64,000 nt of DNA from a virus. Positions within the stretch are counted from its first letter, which is position 1; every line of letters starts with the position of its first letter. A program made the position numbers and the translations under genes. The notes below the pieces were generated by a model, which saw nothing but the letters and a program-made list of their open reading frames with translations, had not been told where the DNA came from and ran no database searches. The stretch is from the IMG/VR virus record IMGVR_UViG_3300008267_000016, positions 1-64,000 of that record. One strand, 5' to 3'. Positions 10,046 through 18,457 of this stretch are shown piece after piece.

Positions 10046-10472
10046 TCACTTCGGTATCGAAGCTCCTGGTATCCTCAATCAGTACGCTTGTTCTCTTGAG
10101 GATCTCCTGGTAGAGCAGGCTCAGCAACTGGATGTTCTTACTGCTCGCCACGATGCGATGCAGACCATCCTGACTGATCCTGACCATCTGGCTAACTACA
10201 CTGATCGTTACTTCACCGAGGTTGTACCCGTGGATATCGATAGTGATAGCTCCATTGGTTATCAGCAACAGGCTGAGGCTTATCAGCCTCGCTATGACAT
10301 GCCTGCTCCTCCTGCGGGTGCTGGCGGTTCTACTGTTGGCTCACAGCCTGAGCAACAGTGGAATCAGTTCAGCGAAGTCATGAATCGCAGCCCTGAGAAC
10401 GCCTGGCGTTATCTGAGCCAAATGGGTCCTGAAGCGCTTCGCAGCAAGCTGCTCTTTATGGATCCCGCTTGA
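9546..10472 (+). CDS. Probable capsid scaffolding protein (Q/S/P-rich N-half, helical C-half)
   Basis: Position before MCP, coiled-coil segment, followed by a terminator; overlaps portal by 500 nt. Confidence 0.55.
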   Translation: MSQQIQASIPSPVSPAVAPAATSDQGSTAYPQWVAQTSTPAVASVPTAQPPSQVAPATGPSTNSQYNQLTSQSSPSNPWEAAMGTLERVLSQVNSQSPSQVQQSPYQATQQLATQLSSQNLQAQPWAYQEQQAAQTWPTSASPTQASSQTSTAPQTSVSPVTAEVVSHFGIEAPGILNQYACSLEDLLVEQAQQLDVLTARHDAMQTILTDPDHLANYTDRYFTEVVPVDIDSDSSIGYQQQAEAYQPRYDMPAPPAGAGGSTVGSQPEQQWNQFSEVMNRSPENAWRYLSQMGPEALRSKLLFMDPA

Positions 10473-10498
10473 TAGACTGAAGAAGCCAAGGTCTTGAT

Positions 10499-10524
10499 AA
10501 GCCCTCAGAAATGAGGGCTTTTTT
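10499..10524 (+). terminator. Rho-independent terminator
   Basis: aagccctca-gaaa-tgagggctt followed by a T run. Confidence 0.85.
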
Positions 10525-10556
10525 CTTGCTATTCTTTAAGCAAAAGGTTTACTGCC

Positions 10557-10694
10557 GTGCATACGCTTACAGATCGCCGCCGGAAGACTCCTGTTGAGCA
10601 AAAGAAAGAAGAGATTTCCACGCCGGTTGAGCAAGAACCCGCTCCCGCCGCTGAGCAATCTGAAACTTTTGATGAGTCGATTGTTATTAGCTGA
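10557..10694 (+). CDS. Small hypothetical protein (45 aa, GTG start; not in track)
   Basis: Manual translation MHTLTDRRRKTPVEQKKEE...; TATTCT hexamer upstream. Confidence 0.45.
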   Translation: MHTLTDRRRKTPVEQKKEEISTPVEQEPAPAAEQSETFDESIVIS

Positions 10695-11025
10695 TCTCGT
10701 CGTTTTTATTAACACCTACGCGTCTTTCTAGTTCTTTTTCTGCGAGACGTTCGGCAGCGGCCAGTATCCGAATGCCTGCATATCCGATTATGAAAGAGGT
10801 GGCGATTGACTCGTTCTTCGTTAGTTTGAATCGCTCCTCGATTGCTGGACTTACAAACGTAGCGAGCATCCAGCCAACTATAGAGGCTTTGATTAAATAA
10901 GGAATTACTTTTTTAATCCCGCGTGGGTGTGTCAGGCTTTCTGTAATTGATCCTGAAAAACAGGCTATAGAAGCTTCAGGATCTTCGAAAAACATTGTCA
11001 GGGCTCTTTCTATCTGCGAGGACAT
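10687..11025 (-). CDS. Putative holin (lambda S/LydA-like)
   Basis: Two or three hydrophobic segments, SFIIGYAG motif, charged C-terminus. Confidence 0.55.
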   Translation of the reverse strand: MSSQIERALTMFFEDPEASIACFSGSITESLTHPRGIKKVIPYLIKASIVGWMLATFVSPAIEERFKLTKNESIATSFIIGYAGIRILAAAERLAEKELERRVGVNKNDEIS

Positions 11026-11089
11026 TCGCCCTGTTAAAAGCTCTTAAATATTTTAAACCAAGTAAAATTAAATTATTCGGAGTGTCATT

Positions 11090-11893
11090 ATGGTGTATAC
11101 GCCGCAGACAAACTGGAAATATGATAAGAATCTGTACCACCCAATTCAATCTGGTCCGCAACGTACGGGTGATGATCTTGATCTAACTGATACTTATTTA
11201 GTTGTATCTAGTGGGTTTGTCACGCCTCTAGGTTTCACGCAGACCTGGTACGGCGTTAATGATCAAGGGGCTGACTTTGGGCGTATTCCTGTAGGTCCGC
11301 CGAATTTAAGCGGTTATTTCACTACTGAGTGGAAAGCTGTTCCGCCTGCCGTATCTGGTTATTGGACAAATTACGAAAATACACTTCCTCACGCTTCTGG
11401 GCTTTTAGATACTTACGTCGGTTTCAGGGCGCAGGGTTTATACAGCACTGCTAATGCAACTGTTCAAACTGCTTTCGGGCCACGGCCAGGTCTCAGAAAT
11501 TTTGGCACGCATACTTGGTACGGCGAGCAGATACCGGATAACCAGCTCTACAGTCCCTTCCAGACACCAGCTTCAAACGACAACACGATTGAGGGCGGTG
11601 GGATTACTGGTGGTGGGGTTACACACCCCACAAATCAGTCACCAACTTTGACAAACCCCACAAACGATACCTCTGGGTCTCGTGCTGCTTGGGTTTATCA
11701 CTACCCCATCTACTGCCAGTCTCTCACTGAAACAAGGTATACGGGTGTCCCCGGTCAGATGGGTTCTCCGGCTCGTAATAGTTACAGAGGTAAATCGTTG
11801 CGATACGCTCCGAATTACGGATCTGTATATGGTGTGCTTGGTGAGGGTGTACGTAATATGGTGCGTACATTTAGCCCCGGCACTAAAATCTAA
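11090..11893 (+). CDS. Hypothetical virion structural protein
   Basis: T/G/Y/P-rich 267-aa ORF directly before MCP. Confidence 0.7.
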   Translation: MVYTPQTNWKYDKNLYHPIQSGPQRTGDDLDLTDTYLVVSSGFVTPLGFTQTWYGVNDQGADFGRIPVGPPNLSGYFTTEWKAVPPAVSGYWTNYENTLPHASGLLDTYVGFRAQGLYSTANATVQTAFGPRPGLRNFGTHTWYGEQIPDNQLYSPFQTPASNDNTIEGGGITGGGVTHPTNQSPTLTNPTNDTSGSRAAWVYHYPIYCQSLTETRYTGVPGQMGSPARNSYRGKSLRYAPNYGSVYGVLGEGVRNMVRTFSPGTKI

Positions 11894-11977
11894 ACCGCTA
11901 AGAACGCGACAAAGCTCTTACTTATCTCGCTTCTAGGGTTTTAAGATTAACTTTGTAGTTTCTTCTGGATATTATCG

Positions 11978-13093
11978 ATGTTCATCGATAATGATTTCCC
12001 GAAGATTCTTGGTGCTGAACTGTACCGTCCTCACCCCGCATACATCGTTGAGATGGCTGCGGAGCCTGTGGTTGTTCACGATTTTTCGAAGCAACCCGGC
12101 CAGACTGTGCAGCTTGACCGTTACCGCTTCTTCGGTAACCCCGGCTCCAAAGAATCTCGCGAGCGTACTGCTGAGCAGACCATCGGTACTGCTAACAGCC
12201 GCAATATCGTGAAGGATAAGGTGCTCGTGACGCTTCGCGAGTACACCGGTCCTGCTGACCCGAGTGACCCCACTCAGCCCAGCACTTTCAAGATTGCACG
12301 TGAAACGCTGATCACTGCTCAGCGTCTGCTTCTTGATACCGGCAACCTCACCACCTTCCACCAATCCATTGGTAGCCTGACGCTGCTCGACGACTATCGT
12401 CGTTGGCGTGATCGGGTGTTCATCAACGAACTCCTGAAGGCTGTTTCTAAGGGTCAGTCTTCTGACACCCAAGGCGGTTACTACTTCCCTGGTGACCTTG
12501 CCACTGGTGCTCTGAGCTATACCAACGCCGAGCAAGCTAAGTTCGACGTTAAGGATGACCTGCTACGCGTGGTGAAGAGCCTGCGTAAGCGGAACACTCC
12601 TACCTTCCAGGATGGTTTCTATCGCTGCGTTTGCGATCCGACCTTCCTGATGCACCTTCGTCAGAACAGCGACTTCCGCGAAGTTGCTCGTTATCCTGGC
12701 AACGGTCAAATCAACCCCCTCATGTCCGGGATGCAGCCCAACGCTGCCCTGTACATGGGTCAAGGCTTCGGCCAAGCCACCTTCGTGGCTGGCGAGCCGA
12801 TCATGCCCACGGGCTTTGTGTTTGAAGGCGTGCGCTTCTTCGAAAGCACCAACATGCCTACTCAAACCCAGAACGCGACCATCGCATCGGCTACCAAGGC
12901 TTACAATGCAGCCGTTGGTATCTTCTTTGGTCCGCAGGCCGTTGGTGTTGGCATCGGTGGCAACAACGCCCAGGTGCTTCTCAACAACAACGACGATTTC
13001 AGCCGTTTTATCATGATGATTTGGAGCCTGTACGCAGGTTTCGAACTTCTGAACGCTGACTTCGTCACCGTTGGTTACTCTTTCGACGCTTGA
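11978..13093 (+). CDS. Major capsid protein (HK97 fold, N4-gp56-like)
   Basis: 371 aa; DFSKQPGQTVQLDRY (G.TV motif), LR..N.P...G.Y.C..DP, EGVRFFEST; strongly C-ending high-expression codon bias. Confidence 0.85.
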   Translation: MFIDNDFPKILGAELYRPHPAYIVEMAAEPVVVHDFSKQPGQTVQLDRYRFFGNPGSKESRERTAEQTIGTANSRNIVKDKVLVTLREYTGPADPSDPTQPSTFKIARETLITAQRLLLDTGNLTTFHQSIGSLTLLDDYRRWRDRVFINELLKAVSKGQSSDTQGGYYFPGDLATGALSYTNAEQAKFDVKDDLLRVVKSLRKRNTPTFQDGFYRCVCDPTFLMHLRQNSDFREVARYPGNGQINPLMSGMQPNAALYMGQGFGQATFVAGEPIMPTGFVFEGVRFFESTNMPTQTQNATIASATKAYNAAVGIFFGPQAVGVGIGGNNAQVLLNNNDDFSRFIMMIWSLYAGFELLNADFVTVGYSFDA

Positions 13094-13107
13094 GGAGGTA
13101 ACTAACA

Positions 13108-13986
13108 ATGACGATTAACCCTAACCAGATCTCGGTTGCCAAGATTTATCCCGGCAACTACACCAACGTTCTTCGTTACTGGCACGAAGAAAAGACCGTA
13201 CAGTTCGAGAACGCCAACGGCGTTCAGACGAGCTACACCAACCAACCCGTTGGTGGCCCTGTGGGCGTGGTCTTCCGTCCCGGTTGGATTGCTCAGCAAG
13301 CCATCGGTTACGTCGACCTGAGCTATCAGGCTCTCGGCACCAATAACCAGCTGGATTACTACACCCAGCCTTATGGTTCCGGTCAGAACGGGGCTAACCA
13401 GCCCTTCCTGAACGCCAACGTCATCATCCCTTCCCCCGATTTCCACAAGGACGTCCGGGCCGACATCACCAACGGCATCACCGTGCCTTCTGGTGCTTTC
13501 GTGTACCGCACTTCCCTCCGTGTGGACGGCGGCGATGTGGTGAGCTCCGGCGTTGCTGGCGGCGCTGCCGCACCTCAGCTGACCCTGATCCCCGCTGTGG
13601 GCCAAGGTCTCCGCAACACCACCACTGTTGTGTCTGGTCAGTTCGGTACCTCCGTTACTGGTTCTGACAGCCGCATCGCTAACGGCAGTGTGGCCTCCAC
13701 CAACATCATCAACTCGAGCAGCCTGTCTGCTCTGACTGCTGATACTCAGTGGAAGCTGTTCACCACCACCAACCTGGGCGGCGTTGCCGCTTCTGGTCTG
13801 GCTCAAGGTTCGGGTATCTACGATCCCCGCGCTGGTGCTGGCAAGCTGTCCGGCAAGAACAAAGCTCTTGCCATCTGTGAAGTGTGCTGGATCGTTCCCG
13901 ATCAGCCGCCCGAGCGTTCTGATCTGGCTCTGCAGCCTGCAGGTGTCATCGAATCTCAGATCTACACCTCGACTTCTCCGACCTGA
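13108..13986 (+). CDS. Abundant structural protein (capsid decoration/minor capsid candidate)
   Basis: Strong GAGGAGGT RBS, same codon bias as MCP, lies between MCP and the terminator. Confidence 0.7.
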   Translation: MTINPNQISVAKIYPGNYTNVLRYWHEEKTVQFENANGVQTSYTNQPVGGPVGVVFRPGWIAQQAIGYVDLSYQALGTNNQLDYYTQPYGSGQNGANQPFLNANVIIPSPDFHKDVRADITNGITVPSGAFVYRTSLRVDGGDVVSSGVAGGAAAPQLTLIPAVGQGLRNTTTVVSGQFGTSVTGSDSRIANGSVASTNIINSSSLSALTADTQWKLFTTTNLGGVAASGLAQGSGIYDPRAGAGKLSGKNKALAICEVCWIVPDQPPERSDLALQPAGVIESQIYTSTSPT

Positions 13987-14010
13987 TACAGTCAGATCGC
14001 GAAACAAGGG

Positions 14011-14037
14011 GCCCCTTCTTCGGAAGGGGTTTTTTTT
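14011..14037 (+). terminator. Rho-independent terminator
   Basis: ccccttc-ttcg-gaagggg followed by T8. Confidence 0.9.
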
Positions 14038-14128
14038 GTCTTTATTTCCTGTTCTTAATTAAGTTTTTACAGTATTCAGCTCATTCCGCTGTCAGAGTTA
14101 ATAAAGCACACCGTATTTATCCAGATTT

Positions 14129-14392
14129 ATGGACGATCGGGAGCTTTCAGACCTTAAGTTAGAGCGCAAAGAGTGTTCTCGATGCGGCGCCACGTGGCTT
14201 AATGGCGTACATCACTGGAAAACTGGGTATAAAGGTAACGAACTAGATCTTGCCGGACTAGTTTGCAACCGTGTTTCCGATCCTCAGTGCATTAACCCTA
14301 AAAAAGGGTGTACAGGAGGGGATACTTGGGAAAAACGGGCTGAGTTTTTGGGTAATTTCGAAAAAGACCTTAAGCGTATGCGTGAGGAGTGA
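14129..14392 (+). CDS. Small Cys-rich (zinc-binding) hypothetical protein
   Basis: CSRC...VCN...CINP pattern. Confidence 0.7.
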   Translation: MDDRELSDLKLERKECSRCGATWLNGVHHWKTGYKGNELDLAGLVCNRVSDPQCINPKKGCTGGDTWEKRAEFLGNFEKDLKRMREE

Positions 14393-14435
14393 GCTAATCT
14401 GCTCTAAACTACTGCTCACATACTGACTTTTTCAG

Positions 14436-14891
14436 ATGTCCGCCAAAGTTTATAAACCCAGTGGGGTTAAAATCGACGTAATCTCTACTCACGATGACGG
14501 TGAGTACTTCATGGTGCGCTCCAGCACCACTGGTAAGGTATTTTTCGCTCATAAGGATCAAGTTGATGAGTTTAAAGAAGATCTAGACCCTAAACCGGCT
14601 GGAAACACGGTTCAGACACGCCGTGGTCGCCGCACAATCAAAAAAGAAGGGGAAGAGGTTGCTGTAGTTAAGCCTCTGCTTCCGGTTGATAACCGTATCA
14701 ACCTTAATAACCTGACTCCTGAAGGTTTAACCCAATGTCTGCCTGGCGTTGGTTTAAAAACAGCTAAGGAGATTGTTGAACTTCGTCAGTCTTTGCCTGG
14801 GGAGCGTTTCACCAAACTTGAGCAGTTAGAAAGCATTAAAAGGGTCGAATGGTCTGAAGTTTTTGCTACTGGCGTTGTGTACGTAGAATAG
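14436..14891 (+). CDS. Helix-hairpin-helix (ComEA-like) DNA-binding protein
   Basis: RINLNNLTPEGLTQCLPGVGLKTAKEIVELR...F..LEQL. Confidence 0.8.
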   Translation: MSAKVYKPSGVKIDVISTHDDGEYFMVRSSTTGKVFFAHKDQVDEFKEDLDPKPAGNTVQTRRGRRTIKKEGEEVAVVKPLLPVDNRINLNNLTPEGLTQCLPGVGLKTAKEIVELRQSLPGERFTKLEQLESIKRVEWSEVFATGVVYVE

Positions 14892-14913
14892 AAAAATGTA
14901 AGGGTTTCTAGTT

Positions 14914-15534
14914 GTGGCGCAGCTGAGCCAGAATGAGTTAGAGCAGATTCAGTCGTATCTAGCTCAGCAGGGTGTTGTCTTTCAACCGACAACTACTGAT
15001 GCCACAAAGCGAGAAGTAATCTATTCGGCTGTTAATCAGCTAACTAGAAACCCTGCACAAGTATTTGGGTACGCATTAGACGACTTTAACTTTAGTCGTG
15101 TCGCGTATCACTTAGGTTATAACATCGCAACTGTACCTGCTGGAGATTACGCTCGGTTATTAGAAGCTTGTAATAGCGTTCCTAGTGAGTTTTACTTCGA
15201 TAAAATTGTTCAGCAAGTTGAGCGTTGTGAAGAAGCTGAGCGCTTAACTGAGCTGGCCACGGGTCGGGCTACGAGTCGTCAAGAAACAATTCTTGGTGAC
15301 GTGTCTCGCTCTATCAGTATCCAAGATAAAAGAGAAACGGCGCGTATCTGGAGAGAAAACTATCAGTTTGAGTGTGAGCGCTTAGCTCATATGCTCTACG
15401 TGCCTAACTATCGTGACCCTGTGGCAGCTCGTTACCGCTTCGAAAGAAGTGGTGGTGAGTTTATACAAGCTATTCCTGGTCCTCCTGATGTTTCTCGTTC
15501 GGACCGACTCTACTTTTATGCTAATTGGCGCTAA
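14914..15534 (+). CDS. Hypothetical virion protein (possible head-tail adaptor)
   Basis: Helical 206-aa ORF downstream of capsid genes; function inferred from position only. Confidence 0.55.
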   Translation: MAQLSQNELEQIQSYLAQQGVVFQPTTTDATKREVIYSAVNQLTRNPAQVFGYALDDFNFSRVAYHLGYNIATVPAGDYARLLEACNSVPSEFYFDKIVQQVERCEEAERLTELATGRATSRQETILGDVSRSISIQDKRETARIWRENYQFECERLAHMLYVPNYRDPVAARYRFERSGGEFIQAIPGPPDVSRSDRLYFYANWR

Positions 15535-15577
15535 ACTGTGACTTAAGAATCATCAGTTCTAGCGGGCGTTTTAAGTT

Positions 15578-17326
15578 ATGTCCTTACTCGGTAAGTTGGC
15601 CAAGCTTGGCTTCCGGTCTGCTCAGGACATTGCAGAGCGGGTTATGCCGATGGTCCTGCAGACTGGCGATAAGGTGTTGGTGGAGAACACTACTAACGCT
15701 CTCCGTAAAATGGGTGCGTCGGTTCCGAGCCAGCCTGGTCCTGGTTTGCTTGGAACATTAGAAGTTAAAACTTCCCGCCAGTTAGGTCAAGCACCCAAAC
15801 CCGCTTTCGGTCCTGGTGCAAACAATCCCGCAGCACCTGCGGGCGCACGTCCAACCAATACTCTTGTCACCCAGCCTTTCCAAGGTCCGCGCACTCGCGG
15901 CGGCGAACTTGTAAGGACTCAGGCTCCTGCAGCTGCTCCTACTACTCGCACTCAGTTCACTGAGGATTTAATCACTCAGCCCACGATGCAGGGCGCTCAG
16001 CGTGCTCCGGTGCAGGGCCCTTCTATGACTGGTACTCCTGTTCAGGGTCAGCTTGATCTCCGTTTCCCATCTGGGGCACGTTCGACTGCTGAGTTCACCA
16101 CGGCTAAAGGAGCCCTTCGCCCAGAAGGTACTCCGATTGGGGGTCAGCCTTATCGCGGTGGCCCTGTTGCTTCTCAGGCAAACTTAGAAGTTTTTAATCC
16201 TCCTGCGCTGCAAGGCCCCGGTCGCGCTCCTATGCAGGGACCTTCCGAGGCTGCCGGAGTTCAAGGTTCTTTTTTCCTGGATAACGTTCCCGATATCTGG
16301 AGCGGTGGATTCCGGATGCGTCCAGAACTCATCCGCCAACTTCCTAAAGAAGTGCAAGAACGTATCGGCACCTCGATGGTACGCGAGGCGGCTGACTTAG
16401 GTCCCGTTGCTCCCCGTCCTGCATTCGGCCCTGACGCAGGTCCTGCCCCCGTGGATTCTGCGGCCGCTATGGCTTTTGCTCGTAACGCTGCAAGCGGTGC
16501 TGAGCTTGTTGATCTCGGTGCTCTTCTTAACAATCCTGCTTTCCGTGCTGCTACAGGCGCAGCTGGTTTAGGTCTCTTCGGTGCCGGTATCGCAGGCATG
16601 TCGATGGGTGGGAATCGTACTGGTGAGACGACTGCCGGCGCACCTCCTGAGCTTCCCTTGCCTCCTTCTGTTAACGCACCTTTGTTTGCCGAGTCTGATG
16701 GGTCTCCTCTTGGGGATGGGGCTCCTGGTGTTACTGCTCCGAACCCTCCTGCTCCTGGCAACATCGACCCCACAGCTCCCGCCCCCGTGGTCACCTCCGG
16801 CGGTATAGAGCGCGAGAGTGCCATGCGTGCTGCCCTTGCTCAGAATGCTCCAGCTGCTGCCGCAGTCCAACGCGCCACAGAACCTATGAGTCCTGAGCGT
16901 TACAAGAGTATTGAAGATTACTACGCAGCGCGTCAGGCTTATGCTGGCTCTGCTGATAAGCGTCGGGAGCTCATGCGCTATATGGGCGGTCAGTCTCCTG
17001 CTGTCGGCAGTCAACTGGCTAGCTGGGCGCAATCAAACCCTGCTTTAGCTTACGAATATCAGCGTCGTCAACTGGTTAACCCGGCGGCTAATCAGCAAAG
17101 CTCTGAATCCATTACGACCACTGTTGTGACTACCCCTATGGGTTCGGAGACAGCCGCAAACGCTGTGGGCAACGCTGAATCTACAGCAGATGCCGCTCTT
17201 AAAGGGACTCAAGAAGCTCAAGCTCTGAAGTATGCAACAACCCCTAATGTCCAACCCAATCTTCAACGGGTGCAGGACTTTATTCGTACTCAAGCACCGC
17301 GTGCAGCAATGTACGCCGGTTATTGA
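15578..17326 (+). CDS. Pro/Ala/Gly-rich hypothetical protein (possible internal/ejection protein)
   Basis: 582-aa low-complexity ORF in the virion module. Confidence 0.65.
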   Translation: MSLLGKLAKLGFRSAQDIAERVMPMVLQTGDKVLVENTTNALRKMGASVPSQPGPGLLGTLEVKTSRQLGQAPKPAFGPGANNPAAPAGARPTNTLVTQPFQGPRTRGGELVRTQAPAAAPTTRTQFTEDLITQPTMQGAQRAPVQGPSMTGTPVQGQLDLRFPSGARSTAEFTTAKGALRPEGTPIGGQPYRGGPVASQANLEVFNPPALQGPGRAPMQGPSEAAGVQGSFFLDNVPDIWSGGFRMRPELIRQLPKEVQERIGTSMVREAADLGPVAPRPAFGPDAGPAPVDSAAAMAFARNAASGAELVDLGALLNNPAFRAATGAAGLGLFGAGIAGMSMGGNRTGETTAGAPPELPLPPSVNAPLFAESDGSPLGDGAPGVTAPNPPAPGNIDPTAPAPVVTSGGIERESAMRAALAQNAPAAAAVQRATEPMSPERYKSIEDYYAARQAYAGSADKRRELMRYMGGQSPAVGSQLASWAQSNPALAYEYQRRQLVNPAANQQSSESITTTVVTTPMGSETAANAVGNAESTADAALKGTQEAQALKYATTPNVQPNLQRVQDFIRTQAPRAAMYAGY

Positions 17327-17368
17327 TAGTAAAATAACTGCAGGATCTGCGTCGATTTAGGTAAGCAT

Positions 17369-17875
17369 ATGGCTGCACCTGTAATGGCCCCTCGAAGCTA
17401 CGACTATTCTGGCGAAGCAGATCCTCGCGACATTCGTTCTTATGGTGTGTCGATGGGTTCTGCGCCGGTACAGAACGACGCGAACCTTGGCTTCCTTGGC
17501 CGCTTAAACGATATTGCTGGCAAACTTGCCCCTATCGTTGAGGCAGCTGTTGCTTTTAAGCAAGGGTATCAGGGTTACCCTTTGCCTGGCCGTGGAGTCG
17601 AAGACCCCCGTATGGCCGGTGATCGGTTTATCTTCCAAGTGCTGGAAGATATGCGAGCTCGTAACGAACAGTCCGAAGAGCGTGCTCGTATGGAGCGCGA
17701 AAGTGCTCGTGAGTCTGATTTACGCCAACGTTTAGTTCTTGCTGGGGTTGAGAAAGGAGATATCTCCTGGAAAGAAGCTCTTGATGCTTTGAAGACTGGA
17801 GGTTTTGAATCTATCAAACCTCAAGATAAACTCCCCTCACAGGCTCCTGCCCAAGGGGCACCTCAACCTAAGTAA
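17369..17875 (+). CDS. Hypothetical protein
   Basis: AGGT RBS and TAAAAT hexamer upstream. Confidence 0.7.
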   Translation: MAAPVMAPRSYDYSGEADPRDIRSYGVSMGSAPVQNDANLGFLGRLNDIAGKLAPIVEAAVAFKQGYQGYPLPGRGVEDPRMAGDRFIFQVLEDMRARNEQSEERARMERESARESDLRQRLVLAGVEKGDISWKEALDALKTGGFESIKPQDKLPSQAPAQGAPQPK

Positions 17876-17896
17876 TAAGCTCACGGAGCGCACCTA

Positions 17897-18454
17897 ATGG
17901 CCTCGACTTCGACTAACAAACAACCTTTAATGGTTGACCGCCCTTTCTTTAGGGGTGCTCGAATTAACAACAGTACACCTGTAGTTACTTCTCCTAGTAA
18001 CCCAGACTTCAGCCAGTTGGTTCAGCTTGTCCGTGTGGGCGACCTTCCTTCTGAGGATGGAGCTCTTGTAGAAGATATTTTTGTTGTCTCGTCTGAAGGC
18101 TACCCGGATCGCAGCGGGGTTCGTACCGCTGCTTTTGGTGTGTATGTTTATGCACCCAACCAGGCTGCTCCCTCGACCTCAACCCCGCTGTTAGTCGGTA
18201 AGTTTCAGGTCGGTCTTTCTGGTTCAACTGATGGTTTAATCCAGCGAGTTGAGCTCCCAGCCACCGTGGCTCCCACGCCTCAGGTCGGTGATACCACGAC
18301 TGTGTATCCCATCGAGCGCGGCAAGTCTGAAGCTATGTATCTCGAAAAGGGATACATTCTTTGCGTTGGCTACTTAGGCAACGGCCCTGCTGCTGTGTCT
18401 GGTGGTTTGAGCTCTTCTGGCGTTTGCATCATGGCGCAGGGCGGCTTCTATTAA
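17897..18454 (+). CDS. Hypothetical beta-rich virion protein
   Basis: GGAG RBS; beta-strand-rich; ends AQGGFY. Confidence 0.7.
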   Translation: MASTSTNKQPLMVDRPFFRGARINNSTPVVTSPSNPDFSQLVQLVRVGDLPSEDGALVEDIFVVSSEGYPDRSGVRTAAFGVYVYAPNQAAPSTSTPLLVGKFQVGLSGSTDGLIQRVELPATVAPTPQVGDTTTVYPIERGKSEAMYLEKGYILCVGYLGNGPAAVSGGLSSSGVCIMAQGGFY

Positions 18455-18457
18455 TTC

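Noticed and set aside
13091-13108. MCP stop read-through fusing it to the next structural gene
   Set aside because: The next gene is out of frame, an in-frame TAA follows within four codons, and it has its own strong RBS.
11972-14007. Long antisense ORFs (11972-12535, 12563-13108, 13102-14007) opposite MCP and the following gene
   Set aside because: Shadow frames caused by the strong codon bias of highly expressed genes; no RBS or recognisable motifs.
14436-14891. PsbU photosystem II auxiliary gene
   Set aside because: Shares the HhH fold, but has LPGVG (ComEA-like) rather than the PsbU G.YP signature and has no signal peptide.
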